Shown here: one piece after another, positions 6,023-10,171 of the stretch
Numbering within the stretch: the stretch's first letter is position 1
Layout: each line of letters opens with the position of its first letter
DNA from: a virus
Taxonomy: Duplodnaviria > Heunggongvirae > Uroviricota > Caudoviricetes
DNA length: 10,171 bases
Virus record (IMG/VR): IMGVR_UViG_2541047122_000013
Strand: one strand, 5' to 3'
Made by a program: the position numbers and the translations under genes
The notes under the pieces: generated by a model
What the model saw: only the letters and a program-made list of their open reading frames with translations
Databases searched by the model: none
What the model was told of the DNA's origin: nothing

Positions 6023-9000
6023 TTTGGGGATTGATGCGGCAGAGTTTAAAAATGAAATTCCCCGTATCAAAAACCTTCTGAATGGTGCAGCCAGCGATGC
6101 AGAACGGTCTTCTGCCCGTATGCAGCGTTTTATGGAGCGTCAGACTCAGGCCGCCCGGCAGACAATGCAGGCGGCTTCTTCGGCTGCAACAGCCGCATCC
6201 GTCCATGCGCAGACGGTGGAGAAGAGCGCACAGGCTCATGAACGCATGGCCCGCGAGGTGGAGCAAACCCGCCAGCGTATGGAGGCACTGAGCCAGAAAA
6301 TGCGCGAGGAACAGGCGCAGGCCATGGCTCTGGCGGAGGCTCAGGATAAAGCGGCTGCTGCGTTTTATCGTCAGATTGACAGTGTGAAACAGGCCGGTGC
6401 GGGGCTGCAGGAATTACAGCGTATTCAGCAACAGATCCGACAGGCCAGAAACAGTGGCGGGATTGGTCAGCAGGATTATCTGGCGCTGATTTCTGAGGTT
6501 ACGGCGAAAACCCGTGTTCTTACACAGGCTGAGGAAGAGGCTACCCGACAGAAAGTGGCGTTTATCCGTCAGCTTAAAGAGCAGGCAACCCGCCAGAATC
6601 TTTCTTCTTCTGAGTTGCTTCGTGCTAAGGCTGCCCAGCTGGGGGTAAGCAGTGCTGCAGAAGTGTATATCCGCAAAATGGAGCAGGCAGGAAAAGCCAC
6701 GCATTCGCTGGGTCTGAAAAGTGCAGCAGCCCGTCAGGAGATAGGCGTTCTGATAGGTGAACTGGCCCGCGGCAATTTAGGTGCGCTGAGGGGATCCGGA
6801 ATAACGCTGGCTAACCGTGCCGGGTGGATAGACACACTGATGTCACCGAAAGGCATGATGCCAGGAGCGGTTATTGGCGGTATTGCCGCGGCTGTCTATG
6901 GTCTGGGTAAAGCCTGGTATGACGGTCAGAAGGAGGGGGAAGAATTTAACCGCCAGCTGTCGCTGACGGGGCATTATGCCGGAGTCACTGCCGGGCAGCT
7001 GTGGACGCTCAGTCGTGCTATTTCCGGGAATGGTATCACGCAACATGCTGCAGCCGGTGCGCTGGCTCAGGTGGTGGGGAGTGGTGCATTTCGTGGAAAC
7101 GATATCGGTATGGTGGCGAGAGCTGCCGCACAGATGGAGCGATCGGTTGGCCAGTCGGTCAGCGATACCATAAATCAGTTTAAGCGGCTGAAGGATGATC
7201 CTGTAAATGCCGCGAAGGCTCTGGACAATGAGCTGCATTTTCTTACTGCCACTCAGCTTGAGCAGATACGCGTCCTTGGGGAGCAGGGGCGGTCCAGTGA
7301 TGCTGCACGGATAGCCATGTCTGCACTGGCAGAGGAAACCGGTCGGCGTACTGCGGATATTGATAATAACCTCAATGCGCTTGGCAGTACGCTGAAGTAT
7401 CTGTCTGATTTGTGGAGTCGTTTCTGGGATGCGGCCATGAATATTGGTCGTGAAGACTCGCTGGATGAACAGATTGCCGCTTTACAGGAGAAAGTGTCGC
7501 GGGCGAAAAGACTCCCCTGGACGGCATCATCTTCTCAGGTTGAATACGATCAGCAGCGTCTTAACGATCTTCAGGAGAAAAAACGCCAGAAGGATTTGCA
7601 GGATGCAAAAGAGCAGGCAGAGCGGAATTATCAGGAGCAACAGAAACGCCGTAATGCTGAAAATGCTGCACTGAACCGGATGAATGAAACGGAAGCAGCA
7701 CGACATCAGCGTGAAATAGCGCGTATTAATGCCATGCAGTACGCCGATCAGGCTGTCAGGGATGCGGCGATACAACGTGAAAATGAACGTTACGAGAAAG
7801 CCCTGGCATCCGGTAAGAAAAAAACACGCGAAACCCGTAATGATGAGGCCACCCGGTTATTGCTGCAGTACAGTCAGCAACAGGCACAGGTGGAAGGACA
7901 GATTGCTGCTGCCAGACAGTCAGCAGGCATTGCCACGGAAAGGATGACAGAAGCGCGTAAACAGCTTCTGGCTCTGCAGCAGCGCATCAGCGACCTGGAC
8001 GGGAAAAAACTGACGGCAGATGAAAAGAGTGTGCTGGCCCGTAAAGATGAACTGATTCAGGCACTGACGCTGCTGGATGTAAAACAGCAGGAGCTTCAGA
8101 AACAGACGGCACTCAACGAGCTGAAGAAAAAAACAATTCAGCTGACCAGTCAACTGGCTGAAGAAGAGCGCGCTCAGCGTCAGCAACATGACCTGGATAT
8201 CGCCACGGTGGGTATGGGTGATCAGCAGCGACAGCGATATCAGGTACAACTGAGTCTTCGCCAGAAATACCAGCAACAGCTGGAGCAGTTGAGGCGGGAT
8301 AGTGAGCAGAAAGGGACATATAACACGGATGACTACAGAAAGGCCGAGCAGGCGCTGACGGAGAGCCTGAACCGACAACTGAATGAGAATCGCCGTTACT
8401 GGCAACAGCTTGAAGTTGTACAGGGTAACTGGAAAAACGGAGTCCTGCGTGCATTTCAGGATTTTACCGTGGATGCAGATAATACGGCAGAAACAGCAGA
8501 ACAGGTGTTCTCGTCAGCCTTCAGCAACATGGGAAATGGCCTGGCAACTTTTGTCACTACCGGCAAACTCAATTTCAAATCCTTCACCTCTTCTGTGCTG
8601 TCAGATATGGCGAAAATCCTGGCGCAGGCAACCATGATGAAATCGATAAAAGGGATTGGCAGTGTACTGGGATTTGATCTCAGCAGCCTTTCCCTGAATG
8701 CCAATGGGGGGATTTATCAGTCTGCTGATTTGAGTCGTTACAGTGGCACGGTGGTTAACCGTCCGACGTTTTTTGCTTTTGCAAAAGGCGCGGGTGTGAT
8801 GGGGGAAGCGGGACCTGAAGCCATTCTGCCATTGCGTCGTGGTGCTGACGGTAAGCTGGGGGTTGTGGCGGATATTGGGGGTTCAGGTATGGCGATGTTT
8901 TCCCCGCAGTACAACATCGAGATCAATAACGATGGCACGAACGGGCAGATAGGTCCGGCTGCCCTGAAGGCGGTTTATGACCTCGGGAAAAAAGCGGCAG

Positions 9001-9059
9001 CGGACTTTATGCAACAGCAGGCCCGTGATGGTGGTCGGTTAAGTGGAGCATATCGGTAA
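5994..9059 (+). CDS. H: Tail tape measure protein H
   Basis: 1021 aa. Long Ala/Gln/Glu/Arg-rich coiled-coil-like stretches. A hydrophobic Gly-rich segment (GMMPGAVIGGIAAAVYGLG). The C-terminal block GGIYQSADLSRYSGTVVNRPTFFAFAKGAGVMGEAGPEAILPLRRGADGKLGV is the lambda-family tape-measure C-terminal signature. SD GGAGGTG (5981-5987) precedes ATG 5994, which overlaps the 3' end of T. Confidence 0.9.
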   Translation: MDQIANLVIDLGIDAAEFKNEIPRIKNLLNGAASDAERSSARMQRFMERQTQAARQTMQAASSAATAASVHAQTVEKSAQAHERMAREVEQTRQRMEALSQKMREEQAQAMALAEAQDKAAAAFYRQIDSVKQAGAGLQELQRIQQQIRQARNSGGIGQQDYLALISEVTAKTRVLTQAEEEATRQKVAFIRQLKEQATRQNLSSSELLRAKAAQLGVSSAAEVYIRKMEQAGKATHSLGLKSAAARQEIGVLIGELARGNLGALRGSGITLANRAGWIDTLMSPKGMMPGAVIGGIAAAVYGLGKAWYDGQKEGEEFNRQLSLTGHYAGVTAGQLWTLSRAISGNGITQHAAAGALAQVVGSGAFRGNDIGMVARAAAQMERSVGQSVSDTINQFKRLKDDPVNAAKALDNELHFLTATQLEQIRVLGEQGRSSDAARIAMSALAEETGRRTADIDNNLNALGSTLKYLSDLWSRFWDAAMNIGREDSLDEQIAALQEKVSRAKRLPWTASSSQVEYDQQRLNDLQEKKRQKDLQDAKEQAERNYQEQQKRRNAENAALNRMNETEAARHQREIARINAMQYADQAVRDAAIQRENERYEKALASGKKKTRETRNDEATRLLLQYSQQQAQVEGQIAAARQSAGIATERMTEARKQLLALQQRISDLDGKKLTADEKSVLARKDELIQALTLLDVKQQELQKQTALNELKKKTIQLTSQLAEEERAQRQQHDLDIATVGMGDQQRQRYQVQLSLRQKYQQQLEQLRRDSEQKGTYNTDDYRKAEQALTESLNRQLNENRRYWQQLEVVQGNWKNGVLRAFQDFTVDADNTAETAEQVFSSAFSNMGNGLATFVTTGKLNFKSFTSSVLSDMAKILAQATMMKSIKGIGSVLGFDLSSLSLNANGGIYQSADLSRYSGTVVNRPTFFAFAKGAGVMGEAGPEAILPLRRGADGKLGVVADIGGSGMAMFSPQYNIEINNDGTNGQIGPAALKAVYDLGKKAAADFMQQQARDGGRLSGAYR

Positions 9060-9388
9060 TGGAGACGTTTCACTGGAAAGTGCGCCCGGATATGAATGTG
9101 GTATCAGAGCCGAAAGTGGTGACAGTGAAGCTGGGCGATGGTTATGAACAGCGTCGTGCGGCGGGACTGAATAACCAGTTGTCGACTTACAGCGTGACGA
9201 TACGTGTTCGTAAATGTGAACACCCATCTTTAAAAGCCTTTCTGGAACGGCACGGTGGCGTCCGTGCATTTCAGTGGACGCCACCTTATGACTGGAAACC
9301 GATCAGGGTGGTTTGTCGTAAATGGTCGGCAAGCGTGGGGGCGCTGTGGGTAACCATAACGGCAGATTTTGAACAGGTCGTGGCATAG
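9059..9388 (+). CDS. M: Minor tail protein M
   Basis: 109 aa, the same length as lambda gpM, with matching blocks: METFHWKVRP…GDGYEQR…AGLN…TYSVT…HGG…WTPPY…W…ADFEQVV. The start overlaps the H stop (TAATG). Confidence 0.9.
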   Translation: METFHWKVRPDMNVVSEPKVVTVKLGDGYEQRRAAGLNNQLSTYSVTIRVRKCEHPSLKAFLERHGGVRAFQWTPPYDWKPIRVVCRKWSASVGALWVTITADFEQVVA

Positions 9389-9397
9389 GAGGCTCTG

Positions 9398-10095
9398 ATG
9401 CAGGATATTCCACAGGAAACACATCATGAGACGACACGCCTCACTCAGTCAGCCCAGGCGGTGCTCTGGGAAATCGATCTGACAGAGGTCGGTGGTGAAC
9501 GTTATTTTTTCTGTAATGAGCAGAACGAAAAAGGTGAGCCGGTTACCTGGCAGGGGCGGCAGTATCAGGCATACCCCATTCAGGGGACGGGATTTGAACT
9601 GAACGGCAAGGGCAGTTCTGCCCGTCCGACACTGACGGTTTCTAACCTGCACGGCATGGTCACGGGGATGGCGGAAGACCTGCAGAGTCTGGTCGGCGGA
9701 ACGGTGGTCCGGCGTAAGGTTTACGCCCGTTTTCTGGATGCGGTGAACTTCGTCAACGGAAACAGCGACGCCGATCCGGAGCAGGAGGTGATCAGCCGCT
9801 GGCGCATTGAGCAGTGCAGCGAACTGAGCGCGGTGAGTGCCTCTTTTGTACTGTCCACGCCGACGGAAACGGACGGCGCTGTTTTTCCGGGCGTATCATG
9901 CTGGCCAACACCTGCACCTGGACCTATCGCGGCGATGAGTGCGGTTATCACGGTCCGGCGGTCGCGGATGAATATGACCAGCCAACGTCCGATATCACGA
10001 AGGATAAATGCAGCAAATGCCTGAGCGGTTGTAAGTTCCGCAATAACGTCGGCAACTTTGGCGGCTTCCTTTCCATTAACAAACTTTCGCAGTAA
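9398..10095 (+). pseudogene. L: Minor tail protein L (tail tip assembly, Cys-rich C-terminal domain), disrupted by a 1-nt frame break near 9887-9892
   Basis: ORF 9398..10024 encodes an N-terminal part that is nearly identical to lambda gpL as I recall it (MQDI…LWEIDLTEVGGERYFFCNEQNEKGEPVTWQGRQYQ…) up to …DGAVFPG. The conserved C-terminus GRIMLANTCTWTYRGDECGY…KCSKCLSGCKFRNN…LSINKLSQ is in the -1 frame (ORF 9814..10095). Joining the two at CCGGG/CG gives 164 + 68 = 232 aa, the length of intact gpL. SD AGGAGG precedes ATG 9398. Confidence 0.8.
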
Positions 10096-10100
10096 ATTCC

Positions 10101-10171
10101 ATGACACAGACAGAATCAGCGATTCTGGCGCACGCCCGGCGATGTGCGCCAGCGGAGTCGTGCGGCTTCGT
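10101..10171 (+). CDS. K: Tail tip assembly protein K, N-terminal 23 codons (continues beyond the window)
   Basis: ATG 10101 lies 5 nt after the L stop. The translation MTQTESAILAHARRCAPAESCGF matches my recollection of the lambda gpK N-terminus. The frame is open to the window edge. Confidence 0.7.
   Translation, partial: MTQTESAILAHARRCAPAESCGF

Noticed and set aside
7920-8454. 161-aa and 113-aa minus-strand ORFs inside the tape measure gene
   Set aside because: These are antisense to the repetitive coiled-coil coding region of H. Long antisense ORFs are expected opposite GAG/CAG-rich sequence. There is no independent support.
9880-9895. Programmed ribosomal frameshift in L
   Set aside because: No programmed frameshift is known for gpL-family genes. 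The required shift occurs at a homopolymer-type indel position rather than a canonical slippery heptamer with a downstream stimulator. A mutational or sequencing indel is the simpler explanation.
9814-10095. Treating ORF 9814..10095 as an independent 93-aa gene
   Set aside because: Its C-terminal 68 residues are the conserved C-terminus of gpL and its N-terminal part overlaps the L N-terminal ORF in another frame. It is the downstream half of a frame-broken L, not a separate gene.
1-10171. CRISPR arrays, tRNA genes, or embedded defence or toxin cargo (morons)
   Set aside because: Intergenic spacers are at most 86 nt and are occupied by hairpins and SD sequences. There are no direct-repeat arrays or cloverleaf-like segments, and no room for inserted cargo genes.

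Overview
This window is a contiguous, plus-strand-only stretch of the late morphogenetic operon of a lambdoid (lambda-like) tailed phage or prophage of an enterobacterial host. Gene order is: portal (3' portion only) -> ClpP-like prohead protease fused in one ORF to a major capsid protein -> small DUF2190-like head protein -> FII-like head-tail joining protein -> lambda-like tail genes Z, U, V, G, G-T, H (tape measure), M, L, and the first codons of K. The tail module is recognisably lambda-like at the protein level; M and L are very close to my recollection of lambda gpM/gpL. The head protease/capsid is not lambda-type (lambda uses an S49-type gpC and separate Nu3/D/E), so the region is mosaic. 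Genes are tightly packed with overlapping start/stop codons, and two intergenic hairpin+T-run terminator-like structures follow the capsid and major tail genes. All minus-strand ORFs look like shadows of plus-strand genes. I found no defence system, toxin, tRNA, CRISPR or integrase here. The most notable points are two apparent gene disruptions (a frame break in the gpL homolog and a closed reading frame at the 5' side of the portal gene), the protease-capsid fusion, and a G/T -1 frameshift arrangement whose slip site is not the canonical lambda heptamer. All homology statements come from reading the translations against remembered protein families; no database search was run.
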